Shown: piece after piece, positions 27,072 to 36,813 of the stretch | How positions within the stretch are numbered: position 1 is the first letter of the stretch | Layout: each line of letters starts with the position of its first letter | From: Treponema sp. | GTDB lineage: Bacteria; Spirochaetota; Spirochaetia; Treponematales; Treponemataceae | Assembly: GCA_045629255.1 (NCBI GenBank) | Contig: JAZQQW010000051.1 | Coordinates: 1,134-65,133, forward strand | Direction of reading: 5' to 3' | DNA length: 64,000 bases | Notes under the pieces: model-generated | Told to the model about the DNA's origin: nothing | The model's input: the letters and a program-made list of their open reading frames with translations, nothing else | Database searches by the model: none | Made by a program: the position numbers and the translations under genes

Positions 27072-28255
27072 TGAATACGAGAGAAGATAGATTCAGTTCA
27101 TCAATGATGAAAATTCCGCCGAGCGGAATCCGCAAATTTTTTGAGATGCTTATCGGACACGATGATGTAATTTCTTTGTCTGTCGGAGAACCTGATTTTC
27201 CGACTCCGTGGTGCATGCGCGAAGAAGCTTTCTACCATCTGGAAAAAGGACATACCAGCTATACATCAAATTGGGGACTTATTGAGCTTCGCGAAGAAAT
27301 CGCAAAGTATATGCAGTCTTACAATATGCATTACAATCCTCAGAAAGAGATTCTCATTACAGTAGGTGCAAGTGAAGGCGTAGATGCTGTTCTGCGTGCT
27401 ATATTGAATCCTGATGATGAGATTATTGTCTGTCAGCCTTGCTATGTAAATTACACACCTCTTGCAGAACTTTGTCATGCAAAAGTTATTCCTCTTGATA
27501 CAAGCGTAAACGGATTTTATCCGACAGCAGAGCAGATAGAGAAACTTTGTACACCAAAAACAAAGGCATTGATGATTTGTTCGCCGAATAATCCAACAGG
27601 AACAATGATTCCTGCTTCGGAACTGGAAAAAATTGCAAACATAGTAAAAAAGCAACAGATTTGGGTGATTTCTGACGAAATTTATTGTGAGCTTTCTTAT
27701 GATAATGCTGAGCATGTTTCTATAGGAAGTTTTCCTGGAATGAAAGATTACACGATTGTACTGAATGGATTCAGCAAGGCATTTGCTATGACAGGATGGC
27801 GTATCGGTTATATTGCAGCTCCGGGAGATTTGCTTACTCAGATTGTAAAACTTCACGGTTATAATACAATCTGTGCTCCTATTTTCAGCCAGTATGCAGC
27901 TGCAGAAGGTTTGAGAAACGGTTGGAATGAAGTTGAAAAAATGCGCGTTAGTTATCAGCAGCGGCGCAATCTTATGTATAAGGCATTTTGTGACATGGGA
28001 CTGTCTGTTCCTGAGCCAACAGGTGCTTTTTATATGTTCCCGGATATATCCAGTACCGGTTTGACCAGTGAAGAATTTGCTACAAAGCTCTTTCAGCTGT
28101 ATAATGTAGCAGTTGTTCCTGGAAGTGTATTTGGTGCTGGAGGAGAAGGACATATTCGCTGTTGTTATGCAACCGCTGTTGATAAAATAAAAACAGCTCT
28201 TGATAGAACTGCAGAATTTGTAGAGCTATGCAGGGCTGGTAAAATTTCCAAATAG
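27071..28255 (+). CDS. class I/II pyridoxal-phosphate aminotransferase (AlaT/AspC-like)
   Basis: 394 aa. SPNNPTG, NGFSKAFAMTGWRIGY (PLP lysine). Start overlaps the stop of the Lrp-family gene. Confidence 0.9.
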   Translation: MNTREDRFSSSMMKIPPSGIRKFFEMLIGHDDVISLSVGEPDFPTPWCMREEAFYHLEKGHTSYTSNWGLIELREEIAKYMQSYNMHYNPQKEILITVGASEGVDAVLRAILNPDDEIIVCQPCYVNYTPLAELCHAKVIPLDTSVNGFYPTAEQIEKLCTPKTKALMICSPNNPTGTMIPASELEKIANIVKKQQIWVISDEIYCELSYDNAEHVSIGSFPGMKDYTIVLNGFSKAFAMTGWRIGYIAAPGDLLTQIVKLHGYNTICAPIFSQYAAAEGLRNGWNEVEKMRVSYQQRRNLMYKAFCDMGLSVPEPTGAFYMFPDISSTGLTSEEFATKLFQLYNVAVVPGSVFGAGGEGHIRCCYATAVDKIKTALDRTAEFVELCRAGKISK

Positions 28256-28264
28256 GATGGTGTT

Positions 28265-29614
28265 ATGCTTTTTGTAGTTATTGGGGTTGTAATTCTTTTG
28301 GTTATCGCCGGATTCTTGGTTTTTGGAAAGAAAAACGGAAACAGCGGAGCAGTGTCTAATACTGCTGCTGTTGGAAAGGAGCAGGCTCAAATAATCAAGG
28401 ACGCAACAAAGAAGCTTGCAAAACATCCTGATAACGCAGATGCATTGATGTCTCTCAGTAAAGTATATTTTACAAACAGCTTGTGGGACAAGGCTATGCC
28501 GCTTTATACAAACCTTGTCCGCATAGCTCCTATTCATCCGGAAATCAACAAAGCTGATGTGAATTTGAAAGCCGGTATATGTTACGCAAAGCTTGAGAAG
28601 TGGAACGAAGCTATTCAGTTTCTCATCATTTCTCGCAATGAAGATGCACAGAATTTTGATGTAAACTATTACCTTGGATTTGTTTATACAAAAATCAATG
28701 ATTACGAAAAAGCTTTACCTTGTCTGAAAAAAGCGCTTTTGATAAATCCGCAGGCCGAAAATGTAGACTTTTTAATTGGAAAATGTCTGCATGCGAAAAA
28801 GCGATTCAGAGAAGCAATTCCTGAGTTAAAGACATCTTTGGGCCTGCAGCCGAATAATAAGGAAGCAATGTATCTTTTTGCAGACAGTTTGTATGAAGAT
28901 GGCCATGGCGACAAAGCTATGAAAGTCTTTGAGCATTTGCGTGCAGATCCTAACTTTGGTCCGAATTCCTGTCTGAAAGTTGGTATTTTTCACATGAATC
29001 AGGGAAATCATGAGGCTGCTATAAAAGATTTTACAATCGGATTGAAAATTGCAAATGTTCCAAAAGATATAGCATTGGAGCTTCGTTATAGGATGGCTCT
29101 GTGCTTGTTTGATATGCAGAAACTTGGCGAAGGTCTTGCACTTTTGCAGTCAATTCAGCAGGTTGAGAAAGATTACAAAGATGTGAAAGCTCTTGTTGTC
29201 CGTTATCAGGAACTGAGTCAGAACTCAAATCTTCAGATTTATCTGTCTGGTTCTGCGGCTGATTTTGTTGCTCTTGTCCGTAGGATGACCGAGGCTTACT
29301 ATAAAAAGCCGGCCGTAACGAAAATTCTTGATGTAAACATATCTTCTATGTATACGGATGTTTTTGCCGAAGTAATACAGAGAACTGGTGACAAGCAGAA
29401 TATGGTATTCCGTTATTTCAGGACATCAGGTGCTTCCGGTGAGCTTTATATTCGCGAACTTTTGGAATCCATGCATGATAAAATGCCATCGATGAAAGGT
29501 ATTTGTCTGACAGCTGGAGTGTTTACTGATTCTGCGCGTCATTTTGTTGAAGGCCGTCCAATCGATCTGGTTGAAAAAGACAAGCTTAAACTGCTTTTGA
29601 AAGCTGCAAACTGA
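28265..29614 (+). CDS. membrane-anchored TPR-repeat protein with Mrr-like C-terminal region
   Basis: 449 aa. N-terminal TM helix, several TPR-like repeats (ALMSLSKVYF, YYLGFVYTKINDYEKAL). The C-terminus resembles the restriction-endonuclease (Mrr_cat) layout. Confidence 0.65.
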   Translation: MLFVVIGVVILLVIAGFLVFGKKNGNSGAVSNTAAVGKEQAQIIKDATKKLAKHPDNADALMSLSKVYFTNSLWDKAMPLYTNLVRIAPIHPEINKADVNLKAGICYAKLEKWNEAIQFLIISRNEDAQNFDVNYYLGFVYTKINDYEKALPCLKKALLINPQAENVDFLIGKCLHAKKRFREAIPELKTSLGLQPNNKEAMYLFADSLYEDGHGDKAMKVFEHLRADPNFGPNSCLKVGIFHMNQGNHEAAIKDFTIGLKIANVPKDIALELRYRMALCLFDMQKLGEGLALLQSIQQVEKDYKDVKALVVRYQELSQNSNLQIYLSGSAADFVALVRRMTEAYYKKPAVTKILDVNISSMYTDVFAEVIQRTGDKQNMVFRYFRTSGASGELYIRELLESMHDKMPSMKGICLTAGVFTDSARHFVEGRPIDLVEKDKLKLLLKAAN

Positions 29615-29653
29615 TTTTTATAGGAAATTGTCATATTAATATAGAGAATCTAA

Positions 29654-29698
29654 AAGGGCACCATTTGAAAACTTATTCGTGTTTCAGATGGTGCCCTT
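29654..29698. terminator. 17-bp hairpin between convergent genes
   Basis: AAGGGCACCATTTGAAA-loop-TTTCAGATGGTGCCCTT (one G-U) followed by GTTGTTTT. Confidence 0.6.
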
Positions 29699-29754
29699 GT
29701 TGTTTTCTATGATTTTTTTAGTGGACTTCGATATTTATCTGCGTTTCAGAAGCC

Positions 29755-30429
29755 TTATTTTTTTGAATCACCTTTGTTTATGATTACAAGGTTTCTTTCA
29801 TGATCTTCGAGAAAAGGGACTGTAAGCTGCACTTTTCTGTATGAAGGAATAATGTCTTTTACGCTGTCCATTTCAACTGAGATTTTTTCGGCGCGGGCCT
29901 TGTAAGCTGCAATGCTTCCGTTTTTCTTGAGCATGGTAAACAGAGTTTTTGCAATCTTTTTGTCGAATGGGTGAAATGCTCTGAACACTTCAATGTCAAA
30001 AGATTCTTTTGGAACTTTTTCTGCCTGAAGAGGAAGAGTCTTCGCATTGTTCAATGAAAGTTTTTGGATGACAGAATCCAGAAACATGTAACGCTTTTCC
30101 ATTCTTTCAACAAGCACGAAATTGTATTCGCTTAATGCGATTGCCAGAGGAATTCCCGGGCATCCACCGCCACTTCCGATATCGCCGATTACAATTGGTT
30201 CTGCCGATGCTGATTGTTTTTCCTGAGCAAGAGCTTTTATATGCGGAACTCCTGCCAGACTGTCAAGAACATGACTTACTGCCATTTCATCTTCATCTTC
30301 AGCTTTCATGAGGTTATAGCCCTTGTTGAACTCAAGAACAAGGGCTATGTATGTACACAGGTTTTCCTTCTGTTTGACGGACAATTCCAGTCCAAGCTTT
30401 TCGAGTCCCTGTTCCAGTTTTGCAATCAT
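29755..30429 (-). CDS. rsmG: 16S rRNA (guanine527-N7)-methyltransferase
   Basis: 224 aa. IGDIGSGGGCPGIPLAIAL and overall GidB layout. Confidence 0.85.
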   Translation of the reverse strand: MIAKLEQGLEKLGLELSVKQKENLCTYIALVLEFNKGYNLMKAEDEDEMAVSHVLDSLAGVPHIKALAQEKQSASAEPIVIGDIGSGGGCPGIPLAIALSEYNFVLVERMEKRYMFLDSVIQKLSLNNAKTLPLQAEKVPKESFDIEVFRAFHPFDKKIAKTLFTMLKKNGSIAAYKARAEKISVEMDSVKDIIPSYRKVQLTVPFLEDHERNLVIINKGDSKK

Positions 30430-31406
30430 TTTGCATTTCCTAAGTCTATGAGAAGCTCCAGTTTCCAGTCAGAGTCATCAGTTCGCATGGAAACAAGATT
30501 TCCGACTCGAGAGGCTTTCATGTTCTTTCGGAGTGAAAGCTGGTAGAGAAACGAATTTGGGTTATAAGAATCTTGTGTTACAGATGCGGCTTCTTCGTAT
30601 GAATCATAAGAAGGAGAATCGCATTTTGTCCTGAACAGCATGTGGAAAGTTTCTGTACGAGGTTTGCCATCGCTCATGTATTTTCTGTCGCCTGTAACCA
30701 GAAACGTACCGTCATCCTGTATGTCAGAAATATATACAGTCCGGCATGTCTGCAGAATATTGTAACCGTTTACTGTAAAGCGCAGGATGTGAGAACGCTT
30801 TGTGGTTGCAGATTCTGCCTTTTGCTGGGCAGGAACCGGGGATACAGACTTTTCGTTTGAAACTTCTTCCTGCGGTGCAGAAACTTGAACTGCCTGAGCA
30901 GATGATGCGCTTTTTGCAGTTGTTTCTTTTAATTCCTCCATGGCATTGAGGACTTTTTTCAGCAGTTTGTCAGTTTCTTCAGAGCTGTTTGTTGCGTACA
31001 TGTTAGCAGGAACTGTATAACTCGAATCTCTGTCTGTGAACATAGATGTGAGATTTGAAAGAAGTCCCATGGATCCGAGAGACTGTACGTCTGTTGCAGA
31101 CAGGGACGATACTTTTTCTGCTGCTTTTTTGTCGCTTGTCACGTTCATCTCGGAACTGCTTTTTTTCTGTGAGTCAGATTTTGTTTCTGAACTTACGTTC
31201 TGACGGTGCATTCCGTAATAACTACGGTTTGTTGTGCTTGACGGTGTGTAAAACTCTGTTCCCAGTGACGGAGAGTCTACTGATGGCATACCTATGTCAA
31301 ATATACTCTGTGCATGAACTGCGCTTTCTGCGCCGCATACTAGAGCTGCCAGCATAATACTGGAAATAAAATTACAAGCTCGCAAGGCTTTCCTCCACAA
31401 ATTCAA
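30426..31406 (-). CDS. secreted Ser/Thr-rich hypothetical protein
   Basis: 326 aa. TTG start, signal peptide FISSIMLAALVCGAESAVHA-Q, low-complexity S/T/E-rich middle. Start uncertain. Confidence 0.5.
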   Translation of the reverse strand: MNLWRKALRACNFISSIMLAALVCGAESAVHAQSIFDIGMPSVDSPSLGTEFYTPSSTTNRSYYGMHRQNVSSETKSDSQKKSSSEMNVTSDKKAAEKVSSLSATDVQSLGSMGLLSNLTSMFTDRDSSYTVPANMYATNSSEETDKLLKKVLNAMEELKETTAKSASSAQAVQVSAPQEEVSNEKSVSPVPAQQKAESATTKRSHILRFTVNGYNILQTCRTVYISDIQDDGTFLVTGDRKYMSDGKPRTETFHMLFRTKCDSPSYDSYEEAASVTQDSYNPNSFLYQLSLRKNMKASRVGNLVSMRTDDSDWKLELLIDLGNAK

Positions 31407-32190
31407 GTCGTCTGGTTAAATCGCTGATCGTCTTTGTCAGGCGTTCGCGTTCTTTTTCCAGTTTAGCCTTCGGATCTGTTCCTTCAGCTTTCTTTTTCAT
31501 CATTGCAATTACAGAATCAGGACTTTTGCCTGACTTGATTGCATCCGCAACTTTTGCACGAACATCAGGTTTCTTTGTCGAAGCGACAATTTTCATATTG
31601 TCAAAACCCATGTCGGCATCCTCATCTTTCAGTATGCTGACTTTTTGAACTGATTTTGCTGTGTTTCTCGGCAGCTGCAAAACTCTGTCTACATAATCTT
31701 CATATCGGATATTTGCTTCGTTACAAAGTTCCTGGGCTTTGACGAGTGCTTTGCCGAACTCAATCATCAGATGTCCGTTCTGAGCTATATATTTCTCACG
31801 TATTTCTTTAGTGAGAGATTCCAGCTCCGGTGAGCTTGAAAGGTCGATTTTATAATAACCTTTCTGCTCTGCAATTTCCAAAAGAGCCCCGAACTTAGCC
31901 CAGAAATATTTTGTATGGCTTCTGGCTTCGTGCGGCGGTTCTCTGCCTCCGTTTTCTTCTATACGCTCTTCATTTATCAGATGATGAGTGTACTCATGTA
32001 CAGCTGTGTATATCAGCTGGTTATCTGTTTCAAAATTCTTGTTGTGAAGAATTATCTCTCTTGTATCCGGTTTATAAAGTCCGTTTACCTGTTTGCTTTG
32101 TTTGCCTGATTGTACAACTGAGAATTCAAGTTTCGTTTCCTGAATATCAAGAAGTATGTCTTTAATTTTGTCGTTGTCCATTGATTTCAC
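31372..32190 (-). CDS. SprT/DUF45-like HExxH metallopeptidase-fold protein with coiled-coil tail
   Basis: 272 aa. IYTAVHEYTHHL followed by HTKYFWAKF, like the HExxH...Fw signature of the YgjP/SprT-like families. Confidence 0.5.
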   Translation of the reverse strand: MKSMDNDKIKDILLDIQETKLEFSVVQSGKQSKQVNGLYKPDTREIILHNKNFETDNQLIYTAVHEYTHHLINEERIEENGGREPPHEARSHTKYFWAKFGALLEIAEQKGYYKIDLSSSPELESLTKEIREKYIAQNGHLMIEFGKALVKAQELCNEANIRYEDYVDRVLQLPRNTAKSVQKVSILKDEDADMGFDNMKIVASTKKPDVRAKVADAIKSGKSPDSVIAMMKKKAEGTDPKAKLEKERERLTKTISDLTRRLEFVEESLASL

Positions 32191-32373
32191 CCTTCCTTAT
32201 GGACAGTAAAACGCATATTCCCCCTATGCGCATAACTTAGAATTTTAAATAATATAAAATATATTATACACCATAATCTGAAATCTTGCTACTGCAAAGT
32301 CCTAAAAACTGTTGCTGAGATGTTTTTATAATATGAGAAAGTTGATTTTATGTAATGAAATATTTTTTTAATC

Positions 32374-33171
32374 TTAAAGTTTACCCATTTGTGACAGGAT
32401 AAGGCTTGCTGCTACAGTTGATGCTGTTTCTGTACGTAAAACACGTGGACCCATGCCGAGCAGTGTAAATCCATTCTGTTCCAGAAGATTTCTTTCACTG
32501 TCTGTCCAGCCTCGTTCGCTTCCGATGGCTGCGACTGTTGCTGTGTTTGAATCTGTGTCTGTCAAAAGGTGTGCAGATAAGCTTGTCTTTGGCCTGATGT
32601 TGTCCAGAGCAAGCTTAGAAATCTTCATCTGGGGAAAGTGTTCTGAAAAATAGTTTTCAATATCGTGCAATGCTTGTGTCATGTTCTGCGTAAAATAGAT
32701 TTCCGGCACATGCGTACTTGCTGCCTGTACAGTTCCCTGTAAAAGCATATCATAGCCTGCTTGAGGTGTAGAAAGATTTGATTTAAGGTAAGATTTTTCT
32801 CCAAGCTCTGTTCCTGTCAGAAATACCGCATGTACTCCAAGTCCTGCCATGTCTCTCAAAAGCCGTTTGAGCTGTATCGGGCGTGGAAAACCGATAAGCA
32901 TGACTAGAGGATAAAGTTGTTTACCGTCTGTCTTTGGTTCGAAAGAAAAATAAAGATTTCCGTCTGTGTATGTTTTTTTGCCGTCAGAAGTGTGAGCATC
33001 ATGTTTTTCAATTTTTGTAATCACGGCAGAGCCTGCCTGACCGTTTATGATTCCTGCATCGAAAGTGTCGCCTTCATTTTTATGAAGTACGGTTATGATA
33101 TGCTGAGCACGTTCATCACGCAGATTAAGCGGTTTTGATATTTCTTCTTGAGTAAAAAGACAGATATTCAT
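32374..33171 (-). CDS. rsmE: 16S rRNA (uracil1498-N3)-methyltransferase
   Basis: 265 aa. RDERAQHIITVL, IGSERGWTDSE, LGMGPRVLRTETA. Confidence 0.85.
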   Translation of the reverse strand: MNICLFTQEEISKPLNLRDERAQHIITVLHKNEGDTFDAGIINGQAGSAVITKIEKHDAHTSDGKKTYTDGNLYFSFEPKTDGKQLYPLVMLIGFPRPIQLKRLLRDMAGLGVHAVFLTGTELGEKSYLKSNLSTPQAGYDMLLQGTVQAASTHVPEIYFTQNMTQALHDIENYFSEHFPQMKISKLALDNIRPKTSLSAHLLTDTDSNTATVAAIGSERGWTDSERNLLEQNGFTLLGMGPRVLRTETASTVAASLILSQMGKL

Positions 33172-33311
33172 AGGAAAATACCATACACTTTTTGCGCGTC
33201 AAAGTCGAGGGCTTGTAACAGTTTAACTTGTTTGAGGGATAAATCGATAAATCTGATTTCTGTCAGTGAGGTTTCATTGCTCATTTTGTTTATGTATGGT
33301 ATAAAAACTTT

Positions 33312-34070
33312 ATGTTAAATCAGTTTTCGCGTACACAGCTTACACTTGGAAAAGAAAATATGACACGGCTTGCTTCATGCCACGTCGCAGTTTTTGGAAT
33401 TGGCGGAGTCGGCGGTTATGTCGTGGAAGCTTTGGTCAGAAGCGGCATTGGTACGATAGATTTGATAGACAATGACAAAGTGGCTTTGACGAATCTGAAC
33501 AGACAGATTATAGCCCTGCACAGCACAATCGGCAGAAGCAAAGTTGACGTTGCAGAAGAGCGCATACATGATATAAATCCAGAATGTATTGTTTACAAGC
33601 ACAATGTTTTTTTTACACCGCAGACTTCTGCGGAGTTTGACTTCGGCCTGTATGATTACGCGGTTGATTGTATAGATACTGTTTCAGGAAAGATAGAGAT
33701 TATTATGAAAGCAAAGGATGCCGGCATTCCTGTCATAAGCAGTATGGGTGCCGGAAACAAGCTTGATCCGACTATGCTTGAAGTTGCTGATATTTACAAA
33801 ACAAGTGTCTGTCCTCTTGCTAGAGTTATGCGCCGTGAGATGAAAATTCGCGGAGTAAAACACTTGAAAGTCGTTTATTCCAGAGAAAAAGTTACACCGC
33901 CGCAGTATGATGAAGATGATTATGAAGGCTGTAAAGAAAAAAACTCTTGCGGACAGACACAAAAGCCTGTTGCTGGCAGCAATGCTTTTGTGCCGACAGC
34001 AGCAGGCCTGATTATTGCGAGCGAAGTTATCCGTGATTTAACAGGAATGTCACCTTCTGTTCAAAGTTAG
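33312..34070 (+). CDS. tcdA: tRNA threonylcarbamoyladenosine dehydratase (ThiF/E1-like)
   Basis: 252 aa. FSRTQLTLGKENMTRLASCHVAVFGIGGVGGY...IDNDKVALTNLNRQ. Confidence 0.85.
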   Translation: MLNQFSRTQLTLGKENMTRLASCHVAVFGIGGVGGYVVEALVRSGIGTIDLIDNDKVALTNLNRQIIALHSTIGRSKVDVAEERIHDINPECIVYKHNVFFTPQTSAEFDFGLYDYAVDCIDTVSGKIEIIMKAKDAGIPVISSMGAGNKLDPTMLEVADIYKTSVCPLARVMRREMKIRGVKHLKVVYSREKVTPPQYDEDDYEGCKEKNSCGQTQKPVAGSNAFVPTAAGLIIASEVIRDLTGMSPSVQS

Positions 34071-34432
34071 TTAAGTTCCCTGAATTCTGCGTCCGGGAAT
34101 TCCTGCTCGGATAAAAGTTTATAATCTGTGACAATTATGGTGCCGTTTGGCAGTGAGTTAAGGCCTTCTTTTTTATCTTTGTCCAGATAACCGCTTATTT
34201 CGATAAGTTCTCCTGAGTGTGACAGAAGTTCTTTTTTCGAAATGTTTACTTCTTCCGGAATTTCCAGAGCATACTTTCTGCCATTTTTTGTCTCAAGCCC
34301 CGGATACTCAAACGGACTGTTTCCGTAGAACTGTATTGTTCCCTTGAATTTCTTTGGTGCGGCCGAAAACGATGCACATATAAAGCAGAGAATTACAGTA
34401 ACTGCAAATGTGATAAATGCTGATTTTTTCAT
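34067..34432 (-). CDS. small secreted hypothetical protein
   Basis: I chose MKKSAFITFAVTVILCFICASFSA as the start (signal peptide), 4 nt after the stop of the upstream metallopeptidase gene. The track start 34480 would overlap that gene. Confidence 0.5.
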   Translation of the reverse strand: MKKSAFITFAVTVILCFICASFSAAPKKFKGTIQFYGNSPFEYPGLETKNGRKYALEIPEEVNISKKELLSHSGELIEISGYLDKDKKEGLNSLPNGTIIVTDYKLLSEQEFPDAEFRELN

Positions 34433-34436
34433 TTTG

Positions 34437-36254
34437 CTACCTTGAAGACGGCTCGTTTTCTGTAACAACGATGTATACATGTTCGTCTACAGCAACTCTG
34501 TTGTTTGAGAAATTGATTGTCGTAGTTCCCGGACTGTTTTTCTTTCCAATGTAAAGCAGTGTCATTCCGTAAGGTCTGAGGTTATACTGTGCGTTGTGAC
34601 CGAATGCATTCGGGCTGTCAAACTTATAGTAACCGGAGGATTTTCCTTCTTTGTAAGTTGACGGAAGCGTAGAGGATAGTCTCCACAAATCGATATTGTA
34701 CATTGTATCTTTGGAGTTGTTGAAACTGTAATAAGGCCATACATTGTAAGAATCACTGTCTACACAAGAATAAGAATACCATTTGAGAAGATAACTCATG
34801 TCTTTGCCAGTGGCTCTTTCTATTGCTTCTGCATCTGCAAACGCACTTGTTGACATCTCTTTGATAAGCGATCTGCCTCCGAAGTTTCTTGCAAGCCATG
34901 CACCGAATGCGTAGTTTGAAGCATAAGAAAGAAGTGTCTGGTATGCAGAGGACTGTCTGTATTCCAGTCCACAATCAGGATAACATCTTTCCCACATAGG
35001 GAGACGTGCTTTCGGGCTGTCATCATCTGCAAGTCCAAGTTCTGCCTGAATAATGTCTTCGCAGAGCATTGAAAGCATTTCATTGAATCCTGTGCCTGTT
35101 TCTGTATCATGAAGCATCGTCTTCTGATTCCAGTGAATCATATGCTGGAATTCATGTGCAAGGGTAGAATATACCATTGAAGTCTGTTTTACTGCATAAT
35201 AAGAATCTATATAAAAATACTTTCCTTCGTTTGAGCTTTTTAGCGGCTCTTCTTCTTCTGTGTAGCTGTGTCCTGAAAGCGTCATGACATCTTCGCTGTC
35301 CGGGAAGTAGTCTTTTGCATAGAAGTAACCGACAATACCAGTTGCATTCGATGAATTGTAATCATTTGCAATATCATATATGACAATGTTTACTTTATTG
35401 TGCTTCTGGTCATACATGCCGGTGTTTGAGAGCTTGCTCATCGATGTTGCTGTAAAGTCACCATTTGTGTAGTAATAATAAATCTGGTCTGACTCTTCTC
35501 CGAAAGTGTTTCTGGCAGTGTTGTAAATCACATTGTCGAATTTATCTGCAAGCTGGTGGCAGATAGTTGTATTGACCTTTGCGCCACTTGCAGAACTTGT
35601 TGTGTAATATCCGTCAACAACCCATACGTTGCAGTATGTTCCGCAGGCTCTCAGTGTTGCGTTTCGTTTTTCAAATGTAGTGATATTTGAATCTTTATCT
35701 ACATAGATGTTTTTAGTTGTTGAATTTTCAATCAGGGTCAGCTGGCTGTCTGTACGGTTTATCTGTTGTGTGACAGCGCTTCTTGCAGCAGGAAGCAGAT
35801 CTACAGAAGCACTGTAATTTACAGACGGAACGAAGTTCATTGCTGCTGTGTAACCGAAACCACCCAGAAGAATACCGACAAGACCTATGAGAATTTCAAC
35901 CAAACTACCAGAACTTGATTCATAAGTTTCCTCTGCACTCAGTGTAATGCCACTTGCAGTGCTGACTGCCTGGGTGTAAGATGCCGGCAAAGTCGACTCT
36001 GACGGGTTTGTTTTTGTCAGATAGATATGTTTGCCTTCTGGAATGCCGTGTATGTCTATGGATGAAACATCTGGCGAAATCTCAAAGATAGGAGAATTTG
36101 GATCGTAAGTCCATGATTCGTGACGGGATGTAGTTGTTGTTTCTACATCATAATCAGAACCGCCTCCTGAAAACAAACCTCCGTCCTTACCGCCACAGCT
36201 TGTAAATGCAAATAATACTGCAATGAAAAAAACTGGTAGTTTAAAAATCTTCAT
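34437..36254 (-). CDS. lipoprotein with HExxH zinc-metallopeptidase motif (M30/hyicolysin-like)
   Basis: 605 aa. Lipobox AFTSC. HEFQHMIHW in the C-terminal half. Confidence 0.55.
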   Translation of the reverse strand: MKIFKLPVFFIAVLFAFTSCGGKDGGLFSGGGSDYDVETTTTSRHESWTYDPNSPIFEISPDVSSIDIHGIPEGKHIYLTKTNPSESTLPASYTQAVSTASGITLSAEETYESSSGSLVEILIGLVGILLGGFGYTAAMNFVPSVNYSASVDLLPAARSAVTQQINRTDSQLTLIENSTTKNIYVDKDSNITTFEKRNATLRACGTYCNVWVVDGYYTTSSASGAKVNTTICHQLADKFDNVIYNTARNTFGEESDQIYYYYTNGDFTATSMSKLSNTGMYDQKHNKVNIVIYDIANDYNSSNATGIVGYFYAKDYFPDSEDVMTLSGHSYTEEEEPLKSSNEGKYFYIDSYYAVKQTSMVYSTLAHEFQHMIHWNQKTMLHDTETGTGFNEMLSMLCEDIIQAELGLADDDSPKARLPMWERCYPDCGLEYRQSSAYQTLLSYASNYAFGAWLARNFGGRSLIKEMSTSAFADAEAIERATGKDMSYLLKWYSYSCVDSDSYNVWPYYSFNNSKDTMYNIDLWRLSSTLPSTYKEGKSSGYYKFDSPNAFGHNAQYNLRPYGMTLLYIGKKNSPGTTTINFSNNRVAVDEHVYIVVTENEPSSR

Positions 36255-36561
36255 GTAATCTCCTGATAATTTTTCTCAAAATGTAAACTCATTTTCTGGA
36301 ACAGGTAATAATGGAAATACATTTTTTTGTATAACCACACCTTTATTGTAAAATGTCAGTTGCCTAAGTACACCTTCTTAAAAATAATGACTTGAGGTGC
36401 TTGAGAAGTTTTTGCCTTGTATTTTTCAAGGTACAAAAAAATCTCATTTCTAAAGTTACCGGTTAAATCACAATTTTTAGCGGTACCCTTAAATTATAAC
36501 CTAGGATACTGAAAAAAAACAGCTATCTTATATGAGAATGATGAAATTGGCAAGAAGTAAC

Positions 36562-36587
36562 AAAAAAAGCCGACATTTTTTGCCGGC
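36562..36587 (-). terminator. rho-independent terminator after tRNA-Arg
   Basis: Minus strand GCCGGCA-aaaaa-TGTCGGC followed by TTTTTTT. Confidence 0.7.
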
Positions 36588-36593
36588 AGAAGA

Positions 36594-36667
36594 TGACCCG
36601 CGCGGGAATTGAACTCGCAACCTACAGCTTAGGAGGCTGTCGCTCTATCCAATTGAGCTAGTGGGTC
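36594..36667 (-). tRNA. tRNA-Arg (anticodon CCT)
   Basis: Reverse complement GACCCACTAGCTCAATTGGATAGAGCGACAGCCTCCTAAGCTGTAGGTTGCGAGTTCAATTCCCGCGCGGGTCA. D arm GCTC/GAGC, anticodon stem ACAGC/GCTGT with loop CTCCTAA, T loop TTCAATT. One A-C mismatch each in the acceptor and T stems. CCA not encoded. Confidence 0.8.
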
Positions 36668-36722
36668 GTATTTTTCATGTCAAAAAGACATGTTTTGGAC
36701 TGTTGATAATAAGCTTAATAGC

Positions 36723-36761
36723 ACAAGGCTGGCATAGGATGCTATCTGATGCCAGCCTTGT
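36723..36761 (-). terminator. 13-bp hairpin downstream of efp
   Basis: ACAAGGCTGGCAT-13 nt-ATGCCAGCCTTGT. Weak U-tract on the minus strand. Confidence 0.4.
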
Positions 36762-36813
36762 TTTATAGCGGAGCTGTTATATCAGGCTCCGGAAATCTTG
36801 ATATTATCAGAAA

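Noticed and set aside
27266-28153. 295-aa minus-strand ORF
   Set aside because: It is antisense to the aminotransferase gene, with a Cys/Ile/Asn/Arg-rich composition and no motif. It is a shadow ORF.
36255-36813. Possible integrative element at the tRNA-Arg gene
   Set aside because: There is no integrase, no direct repeat of the tRNA 3' end, and both flanks are core genes (metallopeptidase lipoprotein, efp).
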